From Candidatus Omnitrophota bacterium (GTDB taxonomy: Bacteria; Omnitrophota; Gorgyraeia; Zapsychrales; Zapsychraceae): 64,000 nt of DNA. Positions 30,455 to 40,329 of this stretch are shown here, piece after piece. Position 1 is the first letter of the stretch. Each line of letters begins with the position of its first letter. The stretch spans positions 822 to 64,821 of the forward strand of contig JANQMA010000026.1 in assembly GCA_028280285.1 (NCBI GenBank), given 5' to 3'. A program made the translations under genes and the position numbers. The notes below the pieces were generated by a model. That model was given only the letters and a program-made list of their open reading frames with translations, searched no databases and was not told where the DNA came from.

Positions 30455-31225
30455 ATGTCTACTATTATTTCTCATATTACCAATACTATCCTTGCCATTG
30501 GTGAATCGTTTTGGTTTTTGGTTGATGTTTTGCGTAATATTTGTCTCGGACGCATACGCATCGGTGAAGTCCTTAAGCAGATGTATGAGCAGGGGATTCA
30601 ATCGATTATTATTATTGCGTTGACATCACTGGCTTCGGGTGTGGTGCTTGCTTTGCAGAGTTCGGTTGTGTTGGAGCGTTTCGGGGCCAAGGAATTTATT
30701 GCACCGCTGGTTGCCTTATCTTTGGTGCGTGAACTAAGTCCTGTCTTTACAGCGCTTATTTTTTCCGGTAAGGCCGGGGCGCGGATTACCGCCGAGCTTG
30801 GGGCAATGAATGTTAACAGCCAAATACTTGCCACACGCACGATGGGGGTGGATCCGATTGAGTTTTTGGTCCTACCGCGGTTTCTGGGATGTTTTTTGGT
30901 GCTTCCGGTTCTAACGGTTTTTTCGGAATTAGTCGGGATATTCGGCGGGTATATGATCGGTGTTTATGAGGCGAATGTGCCATCAACCTTTTATATCAAT
31001 CAGACGATTGATTCGATTCGTTATGTGGACTTTTTCAGCGGGTTTTTCAAGGTATTCTTTTTCTCGATATTGATCGGATGGACGTGTTGTTTTCAAGGAT
31101 ATGTGGCGCGTGGCGGATCACTGGGGGTTGGGCGTTTTACGACAAAAGCAGTTGCGTTTTCCTATATATTTGTCATAATTTCAAATACATTGTTAACCAA
31201 GTTAATTTTGGTCTATTGGGGATAA
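30455..31225 (+). CDS. mlaE: ABC transporter permease, MlaE family
   Basis: MlaE-like TM organisation and conserved sequence. Confidence 0.8.
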   Translation: MSTIISHITNTILAIGESFWFLVDVLRNICLGRIRIGEVLKQMYEQGIQSIIIIALTSLASGVVLALQSSVVLERFGAKEFIAPLVALSLVRELSPVFTALIFSGKAGARITAELGAMNVNSQILATRTMGVDPIEFLVLPRFLGCFLVLPVLTVFSELVGIFGGYMIGVYEANVPSTFYINQTIDSIRYVDFFSGFFKVFFFSILIGWTCCFQGYVARGGSLGVGRFTTKAVAFSYIFVIISNTLLTKLILVYWG

Positions 31226-31226
31226 A

Positions 31227-31565
31227 ATGAATAATAAAGTATGTACCACAATTACCGCCCTATTCTGTATTTTTACTATTTTGACTATGATTTCATGTCA
31301 AACGACTACAAGTAGAAGGCATTTGGACCGCAGTTATCCCTTTGAGGCTATTGAAGCGGATTGGATTGTAAATGGTGAGCCGATAGAGTTTGAAGGAGAA
31401 CAATGGTATCCTCAGGATGGTATCGAAGTCTTTACAGATCAGGAAATGCATTTGCTTGGTGAGTATCGTGATGTTCAGTTTTTTGTCGATAAAGTGGATG
31501 TGCGGCCGTTTGCGCGGCTCTATACGAAGTTTGATAATAATAAGTTCCGTTATTATAAAAAATGA
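31227..31565 (+). CDS. Small lipoprotein of unknown function
   Basis: Signal peptide with an ILTMISC lipobox. Confidence 0.5.
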   Translation: MNNKVCTTITALFCIFTILTMISCQTTTSRRHLDRSYPFEAIEADWIVNGEPIEFEGEQWYPQDGIEVFTDQEMHLLGEYRDVQFFVDKVDVRPFARLYTKFDNNKFRYYKK

Positions 31566-32281
31566 TCATTGAAGTCGATAATCTTCACAAATCATTTAAG
31601 GGCCAACCGGTGCTTGACGGTGTTTCATTTACGGTCAATGCAGGCGAAACACTGGTGATTCTTGGGGAGAGTGGCACGGGCAAAAGCGTTCTTTTAAAAC
31701 ATATGATTGGTTTGCTTAAACCCGATCGTGGTTCAGTGAAAATCGAAGGCGAAGAAATCACATCTCTTCGGGAGAAGAGGCTGCTTAAGATCAGGCAGAA
31801 GATGGGATATATGTTTCAGGAAGGGGCCTTGTACGATTTTATGAATGTCTATGAGAATATTGCCTTTCCGCTGCGCGAGCATACCGTCCTGAGTGCTGAA
31901 GAAATCAGCGCTAAAATTTATGAATTGCTTGAGTTGATTGATTTAAAAGATGTGGCGTCTAAGTATCCATCGGAGTTGAGCGGCGGGATGAAAAAACGTG
32001 TCGCGCTTGCGCGGAGTATGGTTTTGGGTTCGAAAGTACTTTTTTGTGACGAGCCGACTTCCGGACTTGATCCGATCCGCAGTAGGGATATTTCGGATCT
32101 TATCAAGCAGGTGAGCCGTGAGAAAAAATGCACGACGATTATAACATCACATGATATGAAGAACTCATTTCGCATTGCCGACAGGTTGCTTTTACTTAGA
32201 AATGGTAAGATAGTTTTAATGGGGAAGGAGGAGAACTTCGTTAATTCTTCCGATTCATTCGTCAGGGAGTTTGTTGATTAG
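31562..32281 (+). CDS. mlaF: ABC transporter ATP-binding protein, MlaF family
   Basis: Walker A GESGTGKS, LSGGMKKRVALAR signature, Walker B LFCDEPTSGLD. Confidence 0.85.
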   Translation: MIIEVDNLHKSFKGQPVLDGVSFTVNAGETLVILGESGTGKSVLLKHMIGLLKPDRGSVKIEGEEITSLREKRLLKIRQKMGYMFQEGALYDFMNVYENIAFPLREHTVLSAEEISAKIYELLELIDLKDVASKYPSELSGGMKKRVALARSMVLGSKVLFCDEPTSGLDPIRSRDISDLIKQVSREKKCTTIITSHDMKNSFRIADRLLLLRNGKIVLMGKEENFVNSSDSFVREFVD

Positions 32282-32375
32282 AACTTGAGGTATAGTACTT
32301 AGGACATAGGACTTGGGACTTAGGGTGCCAACCTCCAGGTCCTAAGTCCCAACGCCTAAGTACAATAAAAATAAC
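32282..32375. repeat. Intergenic palindrome built of ACTTAGGAC-type units
   Basis: gtacttaggacataggacttgggacttagg is paired with cctaagtcccaacgcctaagtac. Confidence 0.6.
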
Positions 32376-32376
32376 T

Positions 32377-33048
32377 ATGACTAACAACGATTTTATCAAA
32401 CGATTTTCGGCCGGTGTTTTTCTTATAGCCGGTGTTGTGATGATTTTTATGTTTATCGCAACGCTCGGTAGAGACAAAGGTCTTGCGCGGGATAAATTTC
32501 AAGTAACTGTTCTTTACCGCAATATTGGCGGTCTAGTTATTGGTGCGCCCACACGGCTTGCCGGGGTTAATGTGGGGAGTGTGACCGAAATTGCTTTTCT
32601 TGATGAGGAAATAGAGGGTAGACAGGTTAAAATAGTTCTTAATATTTTCAACCGATATAAAAAGCAGTTTGCTCAGGGACTTGTTTTTGCGATCCGTACC
32701 GAAGGTGTGTTGGGATCAAAGATTGTTGAAATTTATCCGGTCGAAGGAGCTCCGGCTATTGATATTACACGCCCGGTATTGGGTAATGATCCGATTGACG
32801 TTCAGGATCTAGCCAAGGAATTTTCTCAAGCGGCCGAAGCATTCACTAAAACAGCCCAAGAGATGAGCCGTATTGACATGTTTGAATTATCAGAGGTAAT
32901 GATTGAATCCTCGCGCGCGCTTCTGGAGACATCCAAAGGGATTAATGGCATTTTAGATGAAATGGAAGATATAACCATTAAGTCGAAAAGAATGTTTGAC
33001 CGTATTGAAGAAAAGGTCATTAATGATGAACTGTTTAAAGTGTTTTAA
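32377..33048 (+). CDS. mlaD: MCE-domain protein MlaD
   Basis: An N-terminal TM helix followed by an MCE domain, right after mlaE and mlaF. Confidence 0.8.
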   Translation: MTNNDFIKRFSAGVFLIAGVVMIFMFIATLGRDKGLARDKFQVTVLYRNIGGLVIGAPTRLAGVNVGSVTEIAFLDEEIEGRQVKIVLNIFNRYKKQFAQGLVFAIRTEGVLGSKIVEIYPVEGAPAIDITRPVLGNDPIDVQDLAKEFSQAAEAFTKTAQEMSRIDMFELSEVMIESSRALLETSKGINGILDEMEDITIKSKRMFDRIEEKVINDELFKVF

Positions 33049-33059
33049 AAGGGGAGATT

Positions 33060-33353
33060 ATGTTTGTCTTAAGTAATTTTATTGTGGCCATAGCCAAGCT
33101 TGTGAATATTTTTTTAACGATCATGTATTGGCTTATTTTGATCCGGGCGCTCATTAGCTGGGTGAACCCTGATCCGTATAATGCGATTGTGCAATTTTTG
33201 CATCGCACGACCGAACCGATATTGCAACCGGTCAGACGCATGCTGCCGCCAATGGGGATTGATATTTCGCCGATTATTGTTTTTATTGCTATTATTTTCT
33301 TGCAGTCTTTTTTGGTTAGAACGCTTTATGATATAGCGCATAGCTTGCGCTAA
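33060..33353 (+). CDS. yggT: YggT family membrane protein
   Basis: ISWVNPDPYNAIVQFLHRTTEPILQPVRRMLPPMGIDISP. Confidence 0.75.
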   Translation: MFVLSNFIVAIAKLVNIFLTIMYWLILIRALISWVNPDPYNAIVQFLHRTTEPILQPVRRMLPPMGIDISPIIVFIAIIFLQSFLVRTLYDIAHSLR

Positions 33354-33488
33354 GGCCTATTCAGTCCTAAAAAAAGGTTGCAAAACAGTCCCATAGAGGG
33401 TAATATTCGTAGTTTGGCTACGAAAGTTATATAAAAATAGATAGCCAATATGTAGAAAAAAGAGGTAAAGAGGTATTATATAAACATT

Positions 33489-33559
33489 TTAAAACATTAA
33501 ACTTTAAACACTTAACAGATTTATTTCCAAACAGTTTAATGTTTATTGTTTAAAGTTTG
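33489..33559. repeat. Intergenic palindromic element, AAACTTTAAACA family, copy 1
   Basis: aaacattaaactttaaaca is paired with tgtttattgtttaaagttt. Confidence 0.7.
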
Positions 33560-33590
33560 AATTTATCTCTATTATTAAGATAGGAGCAAA

Positions 33591-33875
33591 GTGATGTTCG
33601 ATAAAATGAAAGAAATGATGGAAATGAAAAAGCAGGCCGATACGATCAAGAAGACTCTTGATAAGGATCTGCTAACGGTAACAGATGTACGTGGCATCAA
33701 AATCGTTATAAATGGTTCGCAAATGATTCAGTCGATTGAGATTGAGGAAGGTTTTCATAAAAACTCATCTCGTGAGCGTTTGGAAAAAGATTTTATGCGG
33801 GCTGTCAATACAGCGATCGGTAAATCACAAAAGGCAGCTGCTAAGAAAATGCAAGGCATGATGCCGGGATTTTAG
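33591..33875 (+). CDS. ybaB: Nucleoid-associated protein YbaB/EbfC
   Basis: MMFDKMKEMMEMKKQA N-terminus and typical family sequence. Confidence 0.8.
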   Translation: MMFDKMKEMMEMKKQADTIKKTLDKDLLTVTDVRGIKIVINGSQMIQSIEIEEGFHKNSSRERLEKDFMRAVNTAIGKSQKAAAKKMQGMMPGF

Positions 33876-33909
33876 TCAAAATTGTTCAATAATTAATAAA
33901 GGAGATAAA

Positions 33910-34143
33910 ATGCCGTACGATAAGTCACTTGACATTGAGTCATTTAAAGAAACAAAAGAATGGGAAGAAACACGAATCTCTGTTGGGGTTTTTTCATATA
34001 ATGAAGGAGCTAAAAAACTACAGTTATCACGTGAAAATCTGGGTTCAACCGGTGAATGGCGCTTTGCCAAATTGGGGCGTATGAACAAAGAAGAAGCACA
34101 AGAAATTGTTCCGATTATGATGAAGGCCATTGAGAATATGTAA
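33910..34143 (+). CDS. Small hypothetical protein, possibly a PC4/YdbC-like ssDNA-binding fold
   Basis: Strong RBS AAAGGAG. The pattern WEETRISVGVFSYNEG...GEWRFAKLGRMNKEEAQEI resembles B. subtilis YdbC. This is recalled from memory and is low confidence. Confidence 0.4.
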   Translation: MPYDKSLDIESFKETKEWEETRISVGVFSYNEGAKKLQLSRENLGSTGEWRFAKLGRMNKEEAQEIVPIMMKAIENM

Positions 34144-34228
34144 TGTAGGGAGTAGGGAATAGGGCATAGGGAACAGTGTTACACTTACTGTTACCTAACC
34201 CCTAATCCCTATTCCCTAAATAAGGAGC
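34141..34228. repeat. Intergenic palindrome built of TAGGGAA units
   Basis: gtagggagtagggaatagggcataggg is paired with cccctaatccctattcccta, with an inner hairpin aacagtgttacacttactgtt. Confidence 0.6.
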
Positions 34229-34232
34229 AAGT

Positions 34233-34706
34233 ATGGACGATATTTATGTAACACGTGAATTTTTTCATAAACTTAATGATAATCTTGAGAAATTGAAAAA
34301 AGACAGCATTAAGATTGCCGGTCAAATAGAGGAAGCTCGCCTTTTGGGGGATTTAAAGGAAAATGCTGAGTATCATGCGGCGAAAGAGGCGCAAGCCCAT
34401 AATGCGGCCCGCCAATCAGATTTAGAAGATAAAATTTCACGTGCCAAAATTATCGAAGATCAAAACATACCGTCCGATAAAATATATATCGGGGCATATG
34501 CGACGGTTCAAGATTTGAAAAGCAAAGAAGAAATTGTCTACATGCTTGTTTCGGCTGAAGAATCTGATTTCGAAGCCAATAAGATATCAATTTTGTCTCC
34601 CATTGGAAAAGGTCTTCTGGGTAAAGCCGAAGGCGAAGAGGTTGAAATTGATGTTCCTGCCGGCAAAATTAATTATAAGATTTTAAAAATTGAGCGACCA
34701 AGCTAA
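34233..34706 (+). CDS. greA: Transcription elongation factor GreA
   Basis: A coiled-coil N-terminal domain with LKENAEYHAAKE and a C-terminal FKBP-like domain. Confidence 0.85.
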   Translation: MDDIYVTREFFHKLNDNLEKLKKDSIKIAGQIEEARLLGDLKENAEYHAAKEAQAHNAARQSDLEDKISRAKIIEDQNIPSDKIYIGAYATVQDLKSKEEIVYMLVSAEESDFEANKISILSPIGKGLLGKAEGEEVEIDVPAGKINYKILKIERPS

Positions 34707-35381
34707 ATGCTTTCGGTTATCATCCCTGTCTATAATGAAGAAAGGACCGTATCAGAAGTTATTGATAAGGTCCTTTCTTCTAGCCTGCCTACGAAACTTT
34801 CTTTAGAGATTATTGCCATTAATGACGGTTCAACTGACGGGACACGTGCTATTCTTGATAACATCAAGTATCCGCAGCTGCGCGTTTTTCATCAGGAGAC
34901 CAATCGGGGAAAGACGTCAGCTGTTAGAAAGGGGATTTTTGAAGCAAAGGGTTCATTGATCATTATCCAAGATGCCGATCTAGAATATTCACCGGTTGAT
35001 TATGCCGCTATTATTCAGAAAATGGATGATACTGGTGCAGAGGTAGTGTACGGCTCCAGATTTCTAGGAGAGATCAAGGATATGGCGCCGATCAATTGGA
35101 TGGCTAATCGCATATCGAATATTGTCTTTAACTTAAAGTTTAAAACGAATATTACAGATATTAATACATGTTTTAAATTATTTAAAGCGGATGTGCTTAA
35201 ACAATTAACCATTGAGTCTGATCATTTTGGTTTTGAAACCGAGGTTACCACCAAGCTAATACGGCAGGGAGTAAGGATCATCGAAACGCCCATTTCTTAT
35301 CATGCGCGCACCAAAGCCGAAGGTAAAAAAATCGATTGGGCTAAGGCGGTGCAAATGTTTTTAGGGATGTTTAGATATTAA
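34707..35381 (+). CDS. GT2 glycosyltransferase (DPM1-like, soluble)
   Basis: VIIPVYNEE, INDGSTDGT and QDADLEY motifs. Confidence 0.75.
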   Translation: MLSVIIPVYNEERTVSEVIDKVLSSSLPTKLSLEIIAINDGSTDGTRAILDNIKYPQLRVFHQETNRGKTSAVRKGIFEAKGSLIIIQDADLEYSPVDYAAIIQKMDDTGAEVVYGSRFLGEIKDMAPINWMANRISNIVFNLKFKTNITDINTCFKLFKADVLKQLTIESDHFGFETEVTTKLIRQGVRIIETPISYHARTKAEGKKIDWAKAVQMFLGMFRY

Positions 35382-35395
35382 ACTAGGAGGCTAGT

Positions 35396-36328
35396 TTAAT
35401 ACGGTTTTAAGCTGATCCGGGCGAGCTGCTCGCTGAAAGTTAAACGGCCCAGTTTTTTTGACTTATCTATTTCTGCTTGAATTACCGCAGCAGCTTTTTT
35501 CTTATCGACTCTATTTAGAATTTCTTTCATCATCACAAGTGTATCAATCTGATAAGGATTTTGAACAAGAATCTTCTGGGCGATCTTAACCGCCTGGTCG
35601 CCTTTGTTGTTTTTTAAGGCGATTTGAGCCAGGGCATAATTATAAAATGTTTCTCGTTTAGGGTCTATTTTTTTGCCGAGATTAATATGCTGCACTGCCC
35701 GGGGTGTTTGATTTAAAGTAAGGTAGCATTTAAGTAGGAGTGCATTTGCGTTTTGTTTGGCAATGAGTAGTTCATTTTGTAACTCTTTAGGGCCCGTGAT
35801 GCCTGCAGTCTTTAAAACAGGTCCATAAATCATAGGAGAGTGTAGGGTTTTTAAAATGGTTGATTTTTCATTGGCCTGCATAGCCAGTGTTAATGATTGT
35901 GCGGCAAGGTCGTATTTTTTTTCTTTGTGGTAAATAATACCTGCATTATAGTGTGCCCAAAACCAATCGGGATATTTTTTGCTGACGTGGTTATAGGCTT
36001 CTAGGGCTTTTTGATGTTGTCCTAAAGCTGCATATGTGGCGCCGAGCAGACCCCATGCCGCAGTCATATCGGGCCTGAATTCAATGGCTTTTTTGTAATA
36101 AAAGTTAATTTGGTTGAGCGTGCGTGGATTGATATTTTCGTCATTATGTTCCAATATCGATAATAGATGATGATAATGATAAGGCTTTGGAATAGATGCA
36201 TTTAATGTCCGGACATGATAGGCATTTTTGATTTTTTGATTATCCGTCAGCAGATTACAGCAAACAAATACGGCGATATACAGTAGAAGGACTCTAGTAA
36301 TAAAAGGTTTTATTTTTTTAAGCATCAT
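35396..36328 (-). CDS. TPR-repeat protein with an N-terminal membrane anchor
   Basis: Multiple TPR-like repeats, for example AWGLLGATYAALGQHQKALEAYN. Confidence 0.6.
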   Translation of the reverse strand: MMLKKIKPFITRVLLLYIAVFVCCNLLTDNQKIKNAYHVRTLNASIPKPYHYHHLLSILEHNDENINPRTLNQINFYYKKAIEFRPDMTAAWGLLGATYAALGQHQKALEAYNHVSKKYPDWFWAHYNAGIIYHKEKKYDLAAQSLTLAMQANEKSTILKTLHSPMIYGPVLKTAGITGPKELQNELLIAKQNANALLLKCYLTLNQTPRAVQHINLGKKIDPKRETFYNYALAQIALKNNKGDQAVKIAQKILVQNPYQIDTLVMMKEILNRVDKKKAAAVIQAEIDKSKKLGRLTFSEQLARISLKPY

Positions 36329-38408
36329 GTCTTTTTCTTCGGCAGCAGTGAATATAGTATCCCAAAGTACAGATGAATATAATCCAGAGTATTATTTTCA
36401 ATCCCATTAATTGGGGGTTTATGTATCTTAAGGTGATAGTGTTTTGCCCTGCCGGGGCTAATACCCCTTTGAAACTCAAATTGCTGCGCAAAATTTCGGT
36501 TTCTTGACCGTTAATATAGGCTTTCCAGTCTTTATGGTAAGAATCAGTGTAAATAATGAATTTCTCAGACGGAAAATCAGTTGTGAAGGTTATATAATTA
36601 GGAGAAAAATCAATTACACTAAACTCCTTGGAATCCTCTGTGATGACGTTTGCATTGGCAGGGGCAGAGGGATTGATCAAGCGGTTGTTTGTATCTTTTG
36701 ATTCGACAAAAGCTATATTGGAAAAATTTTGCATACTTTTTTCAATGGCAGAAAAATTATTGAAACCAGGCGTGATCAACTGTGTATTGTCATAAATGAA
36801 AATTAGATGATTGGCATAGTTTTTAAATATACTCGGTGTTATGTGGGCATACATGCGATTGACCGAACGAGTCGCCACGTAGGTGACTAGTTTGTCGTTA
36901 ATATCAATACTTCTTTTATAGGAGAAGTCTAAATTAAGTGGCGGATAGTTTATGCGCTGCTTTCTTTGGTAGTTTTGGCTTAAATGAAGGTAAGGATTGA
37001 GTGCCGGGATGATAATGAGTAATGAGAAGAGAGTCAAGAAAATTGGTTTGTGGGGGTGTAGTTTTTTAAGAATGCAGGATATAAGAAGCAGAAATATTAA
37101 AATAGAACAAATAAACAGCAGCCAGTTGACATTGTCGATTGATGTAAGAAAAAAGATAAATGTAAAAAATCCTAATGTTGTAGATATGATATGGTAAATT
37201 TTCTTTTTTTGGTCTTCGCTATCATAAAAAATTATCTGCCTCGCAAGGGACGTGCCGAATAATATAATCAATGGCAGCAGGCCTAACCAAGTAAAAAAGA
37301 TCGAGTTTCTAAAAAGTTTGAAAAAGAAGACGTGTTTATACAAGAAAGGATAGACAGGTGTCGCGTTATTCAGACCGATCATATAAATTAAGACAATCCA
37401 CAGGGCCCAAAAGATATGTTGACGCTTCAGGCGGTTAAATATCCCGGCAAAAAAACAGATTATGATAAAAGCCGGTATATAGATGCGGTCTAAACTTATA
37501 TGTAAGAAATTGGTAAACATATTTTCAACAATAAAAGGAAGGACAATGCCTCCGGCAGAAACAGACTGTTCTGTGACTTGCAGCACATTAGTGTCGCTGA
37601 CAGCACCATGCCTGACAGCTAAAGCCAATTCGGACTTTCCGGAGAGCAGCATCAGAACACCCGGCGTGAGAGATGCGATAATCAGAAAAATGCATATAAG
37701 GCTTAACAGTTTATGTTTTACGATAAAGGCGAGATACTTTTTAAGAATCAAACAAAATTTATGCCAGTAGACAATGATAAAGCTTATTAAAAAGGTGAGG
37801 AAGATCGTTAGAAAATAGAACGGTATATATGTGCTTAACAAGATCATGAGACAAAAGACCGCACCAATCAAATGCTGTTTTTTTGTTTTTTCTGTAAATG
37901 AAACAAGAAAATAAAAGAAGCCGGTCATCGGGGTGAAGACCAGAATGATAAAGGAATTGAATATTTGTGTTCCCATCGATGAGAAGAGTAGCGCAGAAAA
38001 GGCGATGTAGGCCAGAACGTTATTTTTAAATATTTTTTTTGCTAACAGAAAAAAGAATACTGTCCCAATAAAGAAATATAGTATCTGAAAAACCATGTAT
38101 ACAGGCGGAAACGGCAACCCTATTTTGTAGAACAGAACGAGCACTAGATAGAGCGGATTTAAATCGTTAAAGCGTCTTAGGAAAAAGTCATTTGGCAGTC
38201 CATATTCCCACAAATGACTCCAGAAAGGGAATGTGCCTTTAGAGAGGCCGGTGACAAAGTATTGAATATGGTAAAAATAAGAAAAGGCATCTCTTTGTAG
38301 AGGTGCCCAAAAGGTAATAAAGGTGTAAAATACGGCACACCATATGCAAAATAAAACTATCATAAATAAAAAAATATGGCGGCTGGATTTTATCTGTTTA
38401 TGACTCAT
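36318..38408 (-). CDS. Large polytopic membrane protein, YfhO-like (putative GT-C-type glycosyl/polymer transferase)
   Basis: About 14 TM helices, then a C-terminal extracytoplasmic domain ending YHKDWKAYINGQETEILRSNLSFKGV...TITLRY, which resembles YfhO. Confidence 0.45.
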   Translation of the reverse strand: MSHKQIKSSRHIFLFMIVLFCIWCAVFYTFITFWAPLQRDAFSYFYHIQYFVTGLSKGTFPFWSHLWEYGLPNDFFLRRFNDLNPLYLVLVLFYKIGLPFPPVYMVFQILYFFIGTVFFFLLAKKIFKNNVLAYIAFSALLFSSMGTQIFNSFIILVFTPMTGFFYFLVSFTEKTKKQHLIGAVFCLMILLSTYIPFYFLTIFLTFLISFIIVYWHKFCLILKKYLAFIVKHKLLSLICIFLIIASLTPGVLMLLSGKSELALAVRHGAVSDTNVLQVTEQSVSAGGIVLPFIVENMFTNFLHISLDRIYIPAFIIICFFAGIFNRLKRQHIFWALWIVLIYMIGLNNATPVYPFLYKHVFFFKLFRNSIFFTWLGLLPLIILFGTSLARQIIFYDSEDQKKKIYHIISTTLGFFTFIFFLTSIDNVNWLLFICSILIFLLLISCILKKLHPHKPIFLTLFSLLIIIPALNPYLHLSQNYQRKQRINYPPLNLDFSYKRSIDINDKLVTYVATRSVNRMYAHITPSIFKNYANHLIFIYDNTQLITPGFNNFSAIEKSMQNFSNIAFVESKDTNNRLINPSAPANANVITEDSKEFSVIDFSPNYITFTTDFPSEKFIIYTDSYHKDWKAYINGQETEILRSNLSFKGVLAPAGQNTITLRYINPQLMGLKIILWIIFICTLGYYIHCCRRKRHDA

Positions 38409-39756
38409 GATTGTTTGAAAACATCACTTTAAAATTAAAAAATAATACCGATGGCAGAAGATAGAACATAATACGCTTAAGCGTAAATGTCAATCGCCAC
38501 GCTAAATCAAAATTGATTGTCGTTAAGTAGATTATGATAATTACACCACAATAACCTAAAAAGAAAAGCGTGAATAATATATTTTTTTTATCAAAGTATT
38601 GCCTGATCGACAAAATAAACATGGCCAGGATTAAGATCCAAATATAAGCCCATTGCGGGTGTATCAGTTGCACGAGAAATGCTTTTAGAATTAATAGAAG
38701 TCCGTTGAGATTCAAAAATTCATATTCGACATTACTTGCAAATAAAACAATATCGGGATTTTTAGGCGTGAGAAACAGTTTAAATGATGCTGTGATAGCG
38801 GCGATGGCTGCATAGGCCACCATTAGATATATTATGTGTTTCAGATGTTTTTTGTCTTTGAGTTGACGGATCACTAGATGAAGAGTCATGAGCGCTATCA
38901 GGATAAGGCTTAGGACAATGCCTTCATTTTTGGTAAATGTCATAAGCCCTAAAAAGATACCGGTTAAAAGACACAATCGCGGATCTTGATGTTTGAAGTA
39001 AAGCGCTATGCTGAGAAAAGAGGCGAGCAGATAAAAGGCCAGGAGAATATCTGCATATTGTGAGGTCGATAATAAGATGTAATAGGGATTGCCTAACATA
39101 AGAATAGCGGCCAATAAAGCTATTTCTCGTCGGATAAATTGTTTGAGTCCTGTAAATAAAAGCAGACCTGTTGAGCCGGATAATACAATGGCTGTTATGA
39201 AGGGTATTTTATTTATACTGGTTTTGGCAAAGGACAAAAGCCATGTATTGATGCAAGACAGCAGTAAAGGATAGTCCGGCTGTGCGTGCCAATGGATTTC
39301 TGTAAATATACTTTTCCACTCTTTGCCGCCCAACAGCATGAATTTTGTTTTCATATTCCATAAAGCCCAGCCGTCCCAGCCCCCATAAGGATAGCGTGCA
39401 GCAAGTAAGCCCACACAGGCCGTTAACGCAATAAACACGATCAAGGCAAAGTAGTCAAAGACGGATTTATCTTTTATCTGCATTATTATGTCTGTGAATG
39501 TATTTTTGATATGGTTACGGTCAATGATAATAAAAGTTATGAGTATCAGGATATGCAATGCGATCAAAAAAAAGGGGGAATAGTGGCCAAATCCTAATAA
39601 TGTTAAAAATGTCAGTAGTCCGGATAAACCAAGCCCAAGGCCTAGGGCCAGCGCGCATTTTAACCCAATGCTGATGATTTTAGATGTGCCGGTGATTTTT
39701 TCAATGAGTAAAAACCCGATAAGGCTTGAAATGATATAGGAAAGCGCTAATGTCAT
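38398..39756 (-). CDS. Polytopic integral membrane protein (possible GT-C/EpsG-like glycosyltransferase or polymerase)
   Basis: About 11 TM helices with a YPYGGWDGWALWN loop. It overlaps the neighbours on both sides, so it sits in an operon. Confidence 0.35.
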   Translation of the reverse strand: MTLALSYIISSLIGFLLIEKITGTSKIISIGLKCALALGLGLGLSGLLTFLTLLGFGHYSPFFLIALHILILITFIIIDRNHIKNTFTDIIMQIKDKSVFDYFALIVFIALTACVGLLAARYPYGGWDGWALWNMKTKFMLLGGKEWKSIFTEIHWHAQPDYPLLLSCINTWLLSFAKTSINKIPFITAIVLSGSTGLLLFTGLKQFIRREIALLAAILMLGNPYYILLSTSQYADILLAFYLLASFLSIALYFKHQDPRLCLLTGIFLGLMTFTKNEGIVLSLILIALMTLHLVIRQLKDKKHLKHIIYLMVAYAAIAAITASFKLFLTPKNPDIVLFASNVEYEFLNLNGLLLILKAFLVQLIHPQWAYIWILILAMFILSIRQYFDKKNILFTLFFLGYCGVIIIIYLTTINFDLAWRLTFTLKRIMFYLLPSVLFFNFKVMFSNNHES

Positions 39757-40172
39757 TTGATTTTTATCGCAATGGTTTTACCGTGTTTGTTGATATAAAG
39801 GGGTTTAAGTTTGTGTTGTTGCAAAATGGCCACCAGGGCTTCTTTGCTGGTTGTGCTGATGATGTTTACTGTGTGTGTTTGGCCAAGATCAAGAACGATG
39901 GGGGCCAGGGCATACTGGGCCATCAGAAATTCGCCATCATTTTTTTCAGAAGAGACGTCCTTATTGGTGAGATAGCCGGCTATTTTAAGGCTCTTGAGTT
40001 TGTCTTTCAGGTCTAGAAAAGCGGCCCCGGGGTAGGGCTTGTCATTACTCCAATTTTTCCTAACTTTAATGATTTCAGGTGTTAATGTATAAAACGAAAT
40101 AATAGTAAGAATAATAGCACTGCAGAGCACACAAAACTGCAGGACTTGGGTATATCTTTGGGTCAATTTCAT
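39753..40172 (-). CDS. Small membrane-anchored hypothetical protein
   Basis: An N-terminal TM helix. It is the first gene of a minus-strand three-gene operon. Confidence 0.4.
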   Translation of the reverse strand: MKLTQRYTQVLQFCVLCSAIILTIISFYTLTPEIIKVRKNWSNDKPYPGAAFLDLKDKLKSLKIAGYLTNKDVSSEKNDGEFLMAQYALAPIVLDLGQTHTVNIISTTSKEALVAILQQHKLKPLYINKHGKTIAIKIK

Positions 40173-40329
40173 AAGAATGTAACGGGTTGGATTTCAGATA
40201 TTTGCAAGAATTATACTATATTGCCCTTTAAATAGAAATAAAAACTTTGAAATTAATACTAATAAAGTATAATAATGGCTGTAAACTTCATAAACACAAC
40301 TTTTTCCCAATCCCATCAAAGGAATAAGA

